Positions 1 to 10,945 of a stretch of 64,000 nucleotides of DNA are shown here, in pieces. Both the position numbers and the translations under genes were made by a program. Under the pieces are notes generated by a model. The model saw only the letters and a list, made by a program, of their open reading frames with translations, searched no databases and was not told the origin of the DNA. Origin of the DNA: Vitrella brassicaformis CCMP3155 (taxonomy: Eukaryota; Protista; Chromerida); contig CDMY01000781.1 of assembly GCA_001179505.1 (NCBI GenBank), forward strand, positions 203,451 to 267,450, given 5' to 3'. Position 1 is the stretch's first letter, and every line of letters begins with the position of its first letter.

Positions 1-1520
1 GTAGGTGTGGGCAGGCATCAACTCGCCGTGAGTATACACCTGGATGCCTCTGTCCTGACAACACAACACAACACACACCCAAGGGCCAGGGAGGAACGCT
101 GGCTTGATGTGTGTGGTGTGTTTTGGCTGGGCTGGGTGTGTGTGCGGCTGCCTGACTGACCTTGGTGGCCTCGAGGACATCGTGCAGCATGGAAAGATCG
201 TGGCCCGTGACGAGAATGCACTTGCCTGCTCGGCATACAAAACGTGAGCTGAGCTGAGCTGTCTTGTTTGTGTGAGGTACAGTACCTGGTTTGGGTCTGA
301 CGGGCACTTCCGTCGGCTCCGGCTCGCCAAATGTGGCGTTGGCCTCAGACAGCAACTTCATGACCAAGTAGTTGATCTGAACGGCCAGGGACACGTACAC
401 ACACACACTTCTTTAAGTGCGATCTTGGCGATCTTGTCTTAAGCTTGACTGACTGATCCGACTCTGAGGGCCATCTCGAGGCATTTGCTGAGGTCCAGGG
501 CGTCGGGCGATGTGAGGAAGGCCAACGCCTCGTAGGCGAACGAGTAAACAGAGGAGTCCTGGCACACACAGTCCCTCCATTAATCCCGCATCAAGCTGTC
601 TTGTCCTTCGAGCACACCTCCTTGCCGATGAGTTGGGCGTGTGCGGCATATGCAGCTGCGCCTTTGAGACCGTACACGACCAGCTCCTGGGCGCCTACCA
701 CATCCTCGTTGTCGACGTCATACTGCTTCTGCTCCACACCCGTCGAGCCGGCGATGTCCGTCAACTCAAATATGTCGCCCTCAGCCAACACCGACGCGTA
801 GCGAGACTGACGCACACACACATGAAGAGGAATAATGGTGGGTGTGCATTCCTGTCGAAGAAAGGGTCTCTGTTTTCGTGCGTGTGTGGGCGTACGGGCA
901 GCTGTCTGTATTGTTTGCCGCATGCTTTGGCGAAGAACTGGTCGGTCAGGCCGAGGTGCGTGTTGGCGGCCGCCTTGACCTGAGCGATGTAGCCCTCCGT
1001 CTCGCGCAGGTAGTCGATGAACCGATCGTCGTCGAAGTTCACATTCGTCTGCAAAGGGCCACACACAGACACAAAGCACTCTCTGCTGTAATCTGGCGTC
1101 GGTTGCCCCTCCGATGCACCCACCCACTCATTCACCATGGTGGCGAAGATGGAGTCCAGGAGGAAGACGTTCATCTTGTGGACGTCAAACGGCACCTCCA
1201 CCACATCGCTCATCTCTTCAGACGGGAAGGGCGGCTGGTCGGCGAACTTGATGCTCTTCTTGTTGGCACGGAATGCGTCCACGAAGAAGCTGAGCTCCTT
1301 GAGCTTGTGGATGAGGAGGTCCTGCAGCATGGCCACCTCGGCCGTCTTGCCGCACTCGCCTGTCTTGGTGCAGCTCATGCCGTGAGACGTCTGCTCGCAC
1401 TAAAGGAGAAAAAAGGAGAAAAACATACAATGTCGTGGATGAATCAATCGTTTGAGTGAGCGTCACCTGGTAGCAGAACATCTTGTTCATGGGCTGGAAC
1501 TCCTCTATCTCGGCAGCCAT
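1..1520 (-). CDS. hcp: Hybrid-cluster protein / hydroxylamine reductase (prismane); multi-exon, 3' part runs off the left edge
   Basis: Spliced exons (1467-1520, 1136-1399, 896-1048, 618-806, then smaller exons to base 1) give MFCYQCEQTSHGMSCTKTGECGK...LQDLLIHKLK, TNVNFDDDRF, ELVVYGLKGAAAYAAHA, KCILVTGHDL and VYTHGELMPAH, all hallmark HCP motifs. GT-AG junctions keep the frame. Confidence 0.95.
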
Positions 1521-1777
1521 GGTGAGGATCTTGTTGATATGCGAAAATCAGCCCAGCCACACACGCCGGGTGTCGCTTTGTGTCTGACGAAGCAGCGCCA
1601 CGCAGATCTTCCCTCCGGCTGGTATTGCCATTCTTGGTTTGATCCGACGGATTATTTGTTTGTGCGAGCTCGGGTGAGGGGCGTCTCTGGGGGCCATGCA
1701 GCCGAGTCATTCGCTGGCGCAACCGAGGACTGGTGTTCTGAAGGCACTCCTACAAAGACGCTTCCGTGCAGGACACA

Positions 1778-2539
1778 ATGTCGTGCTCGATGTCCTGCTG
1801 CGACACGAGGAAGACGGGCGCTCTCGGGACGCCCCTGTGCACGCCGAGACGGATAGAAGGTGAAAATGGTCCGAAGAGAGGGACCCAGATGCCCATCGGC
1901 TCACCCGGCGCCGCATCGACGTCAACAGCAGCGGGTGTCACGAGAGAGGGCTCGTCTGAGAGTCTGCGAAGCCTGGAGGAGACGCTGGCGCGGGGCGCGA
2001 GCAGCCGGGCAGACAAGCGGGAGATCCAGAAGGTGCTCAAGGCGGCGCTGGCCAAGTTCACCAAGGACATGCGGAAGGGAAAGCTGCTCATGAAGCTGGG
2101 CAAGAACGGGCGGCTCTTCTACCGATTGTGCACTATCGACCACAGTGAAGATGTACGTGGGGAAACATACAATGCGGGAGACTCACGGGCATGGGAGACA
2201 CACCGCCATCTCTGTCTGCAGGTGTTTTCGATCCACATTAGAGGAGCCATAGTGGAGTTCCCTTTCGAGTCGATGCACCGGATAGACTACGGATACAACT
2301 TCGCGGAAGGTGGCCAGATCCCCATCAGCCTGCCGTCCGAGAGCCTGGCGGCGTCGATTGTCATGAAGCTGGGGCCGCCCCCTGTGCCCCGGGGCGCCCC
2401 GCCCCTGTCGCCGCGCCATGAGGTGGTCAATCTGGTGTTTGGGTCGGTTTCTGAGAGGGACGAATATGTGGTGTGCATGCTCCTGATGAGGAACAAGAGC
2501 CAACACAAGGCCAAGGCAAGGATGTGGAGGCTATGGTGA
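1778..2539 (+). CDS. PH-fold protein with N-terminal Cys cluster, resembling the IMC sub-compartment protein (ISP) family
   Basis: ATG 1778 gives MSCSMSCCDT. One in-frame 69-nt intron (2153-2221). The core DMRKGKLLMKLGKNGRLFYRLCTID...VEFPFESMHRIDYG...VNLVFGSVSERDEYVVCMLLMR has the beta-strands-plus-terminal-helix pattern of a PH domain. Confidence 0.55.
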   Translation: MSCSMSCCDTRKTGALGTPLCTPRRIEGENGPKRGTQMPIGSPGAASTSTAAGVTREGSSESLRSLEETLARGASSRADKREIQKVLKAALAKFTKDMRKGKLLMKLGKNGRLFYRLCTIDHSEDVRGETYNAGDSRAWETHRHLCLQVFSIHIRGAIVEFPFESMHRIDYGYNFAEGGQIPISLPSESLAASIVMKLGPPPVPRGAPPLSPRHEVVNLVFGSVSERDEYVVCMLLMRNKSQHKAKARMWRLW

Positions 2540-2943
2540 CCGATCGATGTGTGTGCTGGGAGACGTGTGGACCGTGCGCACGTGTGTACGTGTGTGGAGA
2601 CATGACTGCGTGTGTAGACATGACTGCATACACTGAGGGATGTATCTCTGCGTGACGGAGAGAGAGAGAGAGAGAGAGAGAGACGAACACACACAAGAGG
2701 GGGGGAAGGAAAGCGGATAGTTGACTTGGCCACAGATGGAGTCTGAGCATAATACCACAATGACAAATAGGTCTACAGAGCGACTCAGAGAGACACACAG
2801 GCAGACGGTCGGTGTGTCCTCCCTCCCTCACTGCATGCCCCCCTCTTCTGTTTCCAGATGCCGACGCTGGATCCCAGACCGCATCTCCTTGCTGCGCTGC
2901 GTCAGCTCTCGATCCGCATCAACATCAACACGTCATTGCATGG

Positions 2944-3510
2944 TCAGTACGCCGGTGGGGCGTCTCGTCTGTAGCCATATGGGTCAGTGTAATTGTCATT
3001 GTAGCTGCTTCCACCGCCACCGTGTGGCGCCTGCTCACTGCTCCCTGCACACACAAACAGACACATCCCACAAAGAGGGGAGACATCAGTGTTGGATTGG
3101 ATTGTCTTGACACTGACCGTAGACCGCTGCCGGTTGCCCGTCAGGGCCGTATGGGTGATTGTTGAATGTGTCGACTTGAGGGGCCGATGGATAAGGGCCG
3201 TAGTAAGCACCAGGACTGGTAGAATAAGCGTCATATCGCCCATCCTGCTGATGAGCAGAGGTCATTTCCATTGGCTCGATTGTGGCGGCCGCCGCTCCCT
3301 GGTTGGGGTTTCTTCTCCTCCTCAGCCGCCTACCCCTATTGCGGCATACCAGCGCGATGATCAGAAACACGACAGCGCCGCTGAACACACGAAGAATGCG
3401 GAATGACACAATGCGATGAGTGGTGTTCGCCAAGTGTTCGCTTACATGCCAATGGGCCAGATCACACGGGCGATCCTTGCTGTTTTGAGGATGCCTCTCG
3501 AGCTCCTCAT
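2944..3510 (-). CDS. Small single-pass membrane protein with Tyr/Pro-rich tail ending in a PPxY motif
   Basis: Three exons splice in frame: MRSSRGILKTARIARVIWPIGI|GAVVFLIIALVCRNRGRRLRRRR...AVYG|SSEQ...YRRDAPPAY*. The TM helix is followed by a basic stop-transfer cluster. An alternative in-frame ATG lies at 3537. Confidence 0.65.
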
Positions 3511-3571
3511 CCTGCCTCGAACACGCCCCGCACGCATCGCGCCCCCACGACCCTGATCTCGCACCCTCAAG

Positions 3572-6104
3572 ATGGGTGGCAGCCACTCCGCGCTCCGGGC
3601 AGACGTGAGCCCCCTGGCCTTTCTGCGGACGCTAGAGTAAGGTTCAGTCATTCACGTCTTCAGTATGTCATTCCCGGTGCGATTGTTGTGCATGCAGGAA
3701 GCTGGACGAGGATGAGAAGATGGGTGATGAGGCGAAGCTGGCGGCCACTCGTGAGCTCTTCGAGAAGGCCAAGAAGAGACGAGGTCTGGCCGACAAAAAG
3801 GGGCAGGTGACAACACGCGACGAGAGGGACCACAGCTATGACCAACAGCTGGTCGAGGGAGGCACCTTGGCAGGTGAAATCCAGGCAAAGGCAGCAAAGC
3901 ACATGCCTCACACGCCGTCCCATTTACCGTACTCTCACCTGCAGGCAAGCCGTGCAAAGGCATCATGCGCTTCATCCGCGCCATGAGCGACAGGCCTGGC
4001 CGTGGGTGGCGCCGTCTCGGCCTGGAGGTTGCGTCGAGCTTCTTTTCGGTGGCTGCGGCACGGGAGGAGATGGTCAAGATGGACATCGCCTATCGCATTG
4101 TCGTCTTCTCACTGCCGGAGAGCGATGCACAGACCAGGACGGCCGACTTTGTGCAGCACCAAGTCTTCGCCGCCAGGCTGCTGAACGATATGGCCGATTT
4201 TCCCGAGTTTTTCCCGTCTCTGCTGTCCTCCACAACCATGAACGCCCTCTGTCTCCTGCTCACGCAGCTGGCCGAAGTAAGCAGGACAGCTCAAGCATCC
4301 CTCTCCTGTGTCGTCCTTCCATCCATCCATCCATCCATCCTGATCATCAGGTGGAAGCCCTCGTCTTGCATTGCTTCGCCCGCCTGAGCGAATGGCTGGA
4401 CAATCTGGAGCCTATTGTAGACCAAGGGGCCCTTGAGTACCTGTCACAATTCTTCCGCACCTCCCGCCCATCCATGTGTGTCGCTGCCAAGAGGAAGCTT
4501 GGCAGCAGTAGCAGGGGAGACAGGGAGAGCGAGTCGTCGGCCACTGTGGGGGAGAGGCATCTGCGAGCCATCCAGTACTGTGCCTCGGTGCTCGCCACAT
4601 TTGTCAGATTCGGCAGCAGTGTCAGCGTGGAGTACTCTGTCATCCTGGAGGCGTTGCAGCACACAAGTGACATCAAGGTGCTCGCGGAGATCTCACGCCT
4701 GCTGTAAGTGAAGGGAAAGAAAGAAAGAAATGATGCCGTCCACTTGCCGTTTCTTGATATGACAGGTACTGGCTGCTGAGACGTCATTCGCCCAATGAGG
4801 TCCTCAGCAGGCTGGAGGCGGCCGCTCAGCCTTCGTCGCTGCAGACAGTGGTTGCCACCCTCTGCTCTGCGTGGACACACAAAGCCCTCCCGCTCATCCA
4901 ACCACACCAAACAGACAGCGACAAGGCAGGTGCAGGTGGTGGTGCACGGCTGGTCACATCGCCATGCACCAGTCCGTGCCAGAAGGCGTCTGGTGATGAA
5001 GAGGAGCACAGGCGGTGGGCTGACCGGTTTGTGTGTCACATGAATCTGTCGCTGTGGCTGCTGCTGCCACTGAGCCAGTTCAGATGGCGGGCCGCGAGGG
5101 CTGAGGGCATCAAGGGTAGGTTCGTGAGACAATGGACACATGTGATGCCTTCTTCTTCTGGTCATTGTCTCTCATGTGTGCAGGTTTGAGTGCCGCGTTC
5201 GCAATGCCCGACAGCCTGCTCGGACAAGTGAGATACATTCATTTACTTATACGTACCAATCCGCTAGCTCTAACACACAGGTTGATGTGTTTTCTGCAGG
5301 CCACCTTAGGGTGTGTTCGGCAGATGATGGACACAGCAGAAGTGCGGCAAACAGGCAAGCAGCACAAACAAACAAGACTCGCCAATCGATCACGGCACTT
5401 GCGTGTCTCTTTTCCTTTGGTGGCTTCAGAGAACGCCAAGATGCTTCGGTTCTTCTGCTGCCAGGTCCTGTGGCTGCTGCACCGCACACACGTGCATGAC
5501 GGCCACACCAGCGAGGACAGACTGGCCATGCTCTCACTCCTGCTCGACACACTCGCAGCGTGCTCCACCACACGAGACAACCAACAACTTCTTAGAGACG
5601 CCGACGTCTGGCAGCTGCTCAGCAAGTAACTACAGAGCACATCTGTGTCTGTCTTCATGCCTCATCTCCATATGTCTGTGTGCGTGTATGGTCAGCTGGG
5701 GCATTCTCAGTTTGGAGCAGTCCTTCCCTCATGAAGATGACGCAGTAGTGAGACAGGCGTTGGAGCTCAGCTGTCTACGGTGCCTCACGAGCGTGGCCAC
5801 CCACCCCCTACACCGTCTCGCCCCACTCACCCCATACCCACCACGAACCGATGACATAGCCAGCAGCAGCGGCGGCGGCGGCTACACTGGCCAAAGGAAC
5901 TTCTTGTCCTACCTGACTTCTCTGGTGGGATCGCAGTCAGCCCATGTGTCCAACCTCGCCACTTTCACGCTGATGGCCGTGTCGGAGGACTCCTTCCTGG
6001 GCGAGAGGGAGGCATTCATGACACTCTTCGCATCCATTCTGCAGGCATGGGAGCGGAATTCCTCGTTCAACTATGACGAGAGAGCCGCAACGGGCAGTCA
6101 CCCC

Positions 6105-6135
<31 letters not shown>

Positions 6136-7612
6136 AGAAGGCAGAGGGGCAGATATCATCGCGCATCGATCCTCGGTTCAGGTCCCTCTTCATCAGGGGG
6201 GAGCTGGTCAGGCTCCGGATGGACTTCCTCACCACCACCGCGGCGCTCACGTGCACCTCGCCCTACATAGCCACCACATGTCTCTCGTGGCTCTCTCGTG
6301 TGGCCCTCGAGCCAGCCTACAAGCAGGTGGTGCTCGACAGCTGTTTGTCGAAGGTGCTGCTTGTCCTGGCGCGAGGCGTCATGGCGGAGGTGAGGGAAGC
6401 TGCTGCCCTGGTGGCCAACCTGCTGTGGGGCCATCATTCGTTGGTGTGCTGGCTCAAGATGGACACGGAGCATGGGGTGGCTGTCGACTCGGCTTGTGTG
6501 CTGGTGCCGCGAAAGGTGGGCTCGCCTGTCCACGTGCCGATCGGTGAGTGACGGAATGACAAAGAGACAGAAACACCACTGATCGCTTCTCATCCTTTGA
6601 TTGTCAGGTCTAGGTATGTTCGGTGACACGTGGGGTTTTGACTTCATCAAGAACAGCTGGATAGAGCTCCAACCGTCCGGTGTGCAGCCTTCCGCTCCTC
6701 CAGGGCTCCTCATCGCCGCCCCCACCAGCGAGACATTCGACTCCCTCCCACACACATTCTCACCGCTACGAGAAGAGCAACCCACCAACGCCCTCGGCCT
6801 TCCGGGCGTCGGCACCGGCAGAGTCGAGAAATCCCGGCCGTCAGATGCGATGACGTGGACAATGACGTGCTGGGTGCGCATGCCGCTGTCGCGAGACACC
6901 GACCACTGCCTGGTTGAGAGCATCAGGGGAAACAGGGTGCTGGCCATCAGCAGGGAAGGGGCGTGGAGCGTGACCACGAGAGATGGCGAGGTGGTCTCTG
7001 TGGACGTGCCACAGCTGCAGGAAGGCTGGCACCTGGTGAGTGTCGTATCCTCGGCCGATGGTGGCACCAGGATCGGTGTCGACGGTTGGCAGTATTCGCT
7101 AACCTCTGTGTGGATCGACAATGCCTTCTATGCCGTCGGCAACACACGCAAGGGAGACGAGCCGTTCGGGGTCATCTGCGATTTCCGCATCTACTCGACT
7201 GCTTTATCGCCGGCAGATATGTCTGTGATGCTGGAGGGCCACGTGCGTGACCATCCTGACGGCATCGTCAAGAGGCTGCACGAGGCAGACGCTGCCGTCG
7301 CGTTGTCGAGGGGGCTCGCTGTGCCTGACTCAAGGGCCGAGGTGATGATGGGAAAACTCTGAACAAAGCAATTCTTCTATGCCTTGGACACGTTGCAGGC
7401 CCTGCGGGCGTTGGCGAATTTGGCTACGCATTCGCCGAGGCGTGCACAAGTGAGACGAGTTGTACATGGAGGTTGACATGAGAAGTTCCATGCGTGTCGG
7501 TGCGTGTCAGGTGTTTTCGGTGTGTTGGCCATTGTTGTTGGAGTACGTCAACTGCAGTCAGAGCCCCATGGTGCAGCGACAGGCCACTCGCCTGCTGCAG
7601 ATCCTACAATGA
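3572..7612 (+). CDS. Armadillo/HEAT-like helical-repeat protein with a ConA/LamG-like domain; putative N-myristoylation (MGGSHS)
   Basis: Exon 1 MGGSHSALRADVSPLAFLRTLE splices in frame to KLDEDEKMGDEAK. Many Leu-rich helical exons follow. Exon 6609-7340 encodes WTMTCWVR...GWHLVSVV...IGVDG...VGN...FGVICDFRIYSTALS (LamG-type). The last exon ends RQATRLLQILQ* at 7612. Confidence 0.7.
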
Positions 7613-8130
7613 TACAGACAGGCAGACAGGCAGACAGGCAGACAGGCAGACAGACAGCAGAAACAGTGCATCACGTGTGTATATATAGTTCGATGCATCG
7701 CATGTGAGACTTTTGCGATAGACTTTGAATGAAGGAGTGCTCTGTTGTCGCTAAATCGAGTCATGCATGCCCACATGGCTGTCTGTGCCTGGACTGCCCA
7801 CATCTGCCGACGACATGGCGGACACTTCTATGTGGATGTCTGCCTGGCGTGTCAGGTCTGTGGTGGATCTGCTGTCTCTGCTGTGACTGTCTGGTCTGTC
7901 TACCCATGACACGTACTTGGCGTCCATGCACATGTTCATATGTCGATACGATATACCACTGCTGCCACTAAACCATAAACGCATCCATGTTTGAGGCCGA
8001 ATGGTGGATCTGGGAGACGATTTGCAAGCAGAGTGATGAATCCGATCCCCCTTAACTTCTCGAGCTCGCAACTCTCCTCCGAGAAAGAAGGGGCGCTCAT
8101 TTCGCTCATTTCGGGTGAGAGAGTGCCGGG

Positions 8131-10495
8131 ATGGATTACTACTGGTCGGTTGAGAAGACGTGCGTAGTGATAGACCTCGGCCGGGCCTTCACCAAATGCG
8201 GATTCGCCACCGAGGCCGCACCACGACACATCTTCCGCACACCGGAGCTCATCCAGGTGACCAAAAGGCCATTTTCCTTAGCCCCTCTGTGTGTAAGAGT
8301 GCATTCCCATGTGCTGATGTTTTCTGTTGATTGATGTAGGAGGTGAAAACCGACACTGTGACGTCGACGGCTTCGTTCGAGAGGTGGGTTCAGGTGTTTG
8401 AGGAGCTGTTCAAGAACGTGTTCTTCTTCTACCTGCAAGCCAACCCCAAGGAGCGCCGCGTCATCATATGCGACAAGGTCTGCTCCCCGCGGCCAATGCG
8501 CGAGGCCATCAGCAAGGTCCTCTTCGAGAAACTCGCCGTCCCGGCCATCCACTTTGTCCCGGACCTTTTGCTGCCGCTATACCTCACCGGCCTGTCCACA
8601 GGCATCGTGATCGACTGCGGCTACGAGGAGACCCGCATCCTCCCCATCTGTGAGTGCGTGCCGCTCTACAGCGCCTTCACGACGGCCAGGGTGGGGGGCC
8701 GCCACGTTGACGAGAAGCTGCGGGAGGCCCTGCTGGCCTATGCCAAGGAGAACCCCAGCAACGTCAAGCGGCCGGCAAAGGGCTGGGCGGGGAGAAGAAA
8801 GAGCACTCCCATGAGCAGCCCGAGTGCGAGCCAGGAGGAGCCGACACCGGAGGCCGCCGAGGAGCCGCCACTCACTCTGACAGACATGGTAGGGACAGCT
8901 GGAAAGCACACAGAGAGGTGGCGTGGCGCGACACCACACCAGTCAATCAATCAATGAGTGTGTGGTTCCCCCAGGTGGGTTCGTTGGACGACGTGACTTT
9001 GGAGGACATCAAGATGCGGTGCTGCTACGTGCGGTATCGGCTGGCGGACGGCGGCAAGTGTGTGTTGGAGACCAGCAAGGACATCAAGTACCCGCTGCAC
9101 TGCGACCAGGCCATACCCATCAAAGCAGCCACACGGTAAGGAGGGAAACGTGCTGACTGACGTTGCGGATCGGATGCTCTCTCCATTCGATTCGCCCTTT
9201 GTGTGCAGGTGGGGCGTGTGTGAGGTCCTTTGGGACGAGTCTGGCGAACGCACAAACATCCAAGAGGGCATCATACAGTAGGCAGCGCACTCACTGCTCC
9301 TGTATTGGCTGTGGTGATATGTGCCATTCCACTCCTCCCCCCTGTGTCGTGTTGTGTGTGGTGCCTGCGTGCCAGGATGTTGGAGAAGTGCCCCGTTGAC
9401 ATTCGCAAGTCGCTGGTGCAGAACATTGTGGTGTGTGGCGGCACAGCGTCGCTGCCCGGATTTCTCCCTAGAATGGCCTTAGAACTCAAGTATCCACAGC
9501 ACAGCAGGATGATGCAGACAGACAGACATGGGCAGCATCAGGCTGGCTGGCTGTCTGTCTATGCGTGTGTTGATCGATCGATCAGAATGGCGTTTGAGAG
9601 CGACTCGAGGCTGCATCACGTGTGCGAGCGTGTGGAGTTCAGTCTGCCCCAGTTCCCTCCAGCATCCCTCATATGGGTCGGGGGGGCCATCTACGGCTCC
9701 ATGGAAGGCGTCGCGGTAAGTCTGCATGGAAAGCATACATACCCATGTCTGTGTTCATGTTGCTGCCTGTGACAGGAGTATTCTGCCGCCCAGTACCAGA
9801 AGGGCGTGAAGACCCCCGACTGGGCCGCCTTCACCCTCGTCCAGCAGCCGGTGCAGCCACCCCCATCCGCCGACTCGCCAACCAACATCGGTGTGCCACC
9901 GGCTGGGTCAGGGCTCGCCCCCCCGGCCCTCTCCTCATCCCCTCAGAAGACGTCCAGCAGTCTCCTGGCCAGCAGCCCTGCCGGTGGCGGCAGTGGGGGC
10001 CTCACACTGCCGATGGCCGAGTCGCCCCAGGGCAGCAACCAAGACAGCAACGTGGTGGAAGAGCAGGAGGCGTTGCCCTCACCGTCACGATCGCAGGAGA
10101 CGCCGGCTTCTATGTCGGTGCCGTCACCTGGTGCCGACGCAGCGAAGGCTGATGCAGAGGGCGTGGGGGGTGGGGAGGGGGCTGGGGCTCCATCGGCTCA
10201 GCCTGAGGCGGGCCGTGACACCGACACGGGTGCAGAGGGCACTCAGGCAGCACCAGCAGCGGCGCCGGCACCGGCAGCCGAAGGAGCAGGACGGACGTAA
10301 GAACCACACACGCACGGCAACAACAACCATGCGATGAACACGTGTGTGTGTCTATGTGGGCCTGTTGTATGCAGTGGGACCCGGTCCAACATCGCCCCTC
10401 GGCCGGCCGGCGCCCCGTCGCGGACTTCAGCATCCACAAGGAGCAGCGGGGCGGCGGCAGGGAGGCGGGGGCGGCGCGATGACGCCACCACATAG
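8131..10495 (+). CDS. ACTR10: Actin-related protein 10 (dynactin Arp11) with Ala/Pro/Ser-rich C-terminal extension
   Basis: VVIDLGRAFTKCGFATE...NPKERRVIICDKVCSPRPMREAISKVLFEKLAVP...GIVIDCGYEETRILPI...NIVVCGGTASLPGF closely matches the remembered ACTR10 sequence pattern (VVIDLGEAFTKCGFAGE; NPRDRRVV; LDCGYRES). Confidence 0.88.
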
Positions 10496-10640
10496 CTGAG
10501 CCCGCCGGCAGCGGACAGGCAGGCAGCCATGCATTAGTCAGAGGTAGATGTTGGGCTATGGATGGATGGATGGATGGATACATTGCCCTCCCAGTCTGTC
10601 GTGTGTGCGTGGTCTTATTGCTGGATGGACACCTATATGA

Positions 10641-10738
10641 ACACACACACACACACACACGCACACGCACACGCACACGCACACGCACACGCACACGCAC
10701 ACGCACACGCACACGCACACGCACACGCACACGCACAC
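10641..10738. repeat. (AC)10 followed by a perfect (GCACAC)13 microsatellite
   Basis: Read directly: AC repeat 10641-10660, hexamer array 10661-10738, intergenic between ACTR10 and the LMF gene. Confidence 0.95.
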
Positions 10739-10945
10739 ATGTTCATTCATTAGGGACTCTGAATCCTGTTTCTGGCTGTCTGCTCGGACCTCTTCCGCTC
10801 GTTCCCACAGTGATGCATGCAAAGCGCTGTGACTCATGACTCTCACTGTCGTGCTTCAGAAAGCCCTCTAGCCAACAGATCGCGCCTCGCGACAGAAATA
10901 CCTTCTCTTCACGACCTCAAGCTCGCAAACAGAAGGAAAGAGGAG

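Noticed and set aside
7751-8229. Minus-strand ORFs between the ARM gene and ACTR10
   Set aside because: They overlap the ACTR10 start, and I could not build a spliced chain or find a motif.
10110-10846. ORFs with poly-(RV), (HA), (TR) and (CV) runs
   Set aside because: They are translations of the (AC)n/(GCACAC)n microsatellite, not real proteins.
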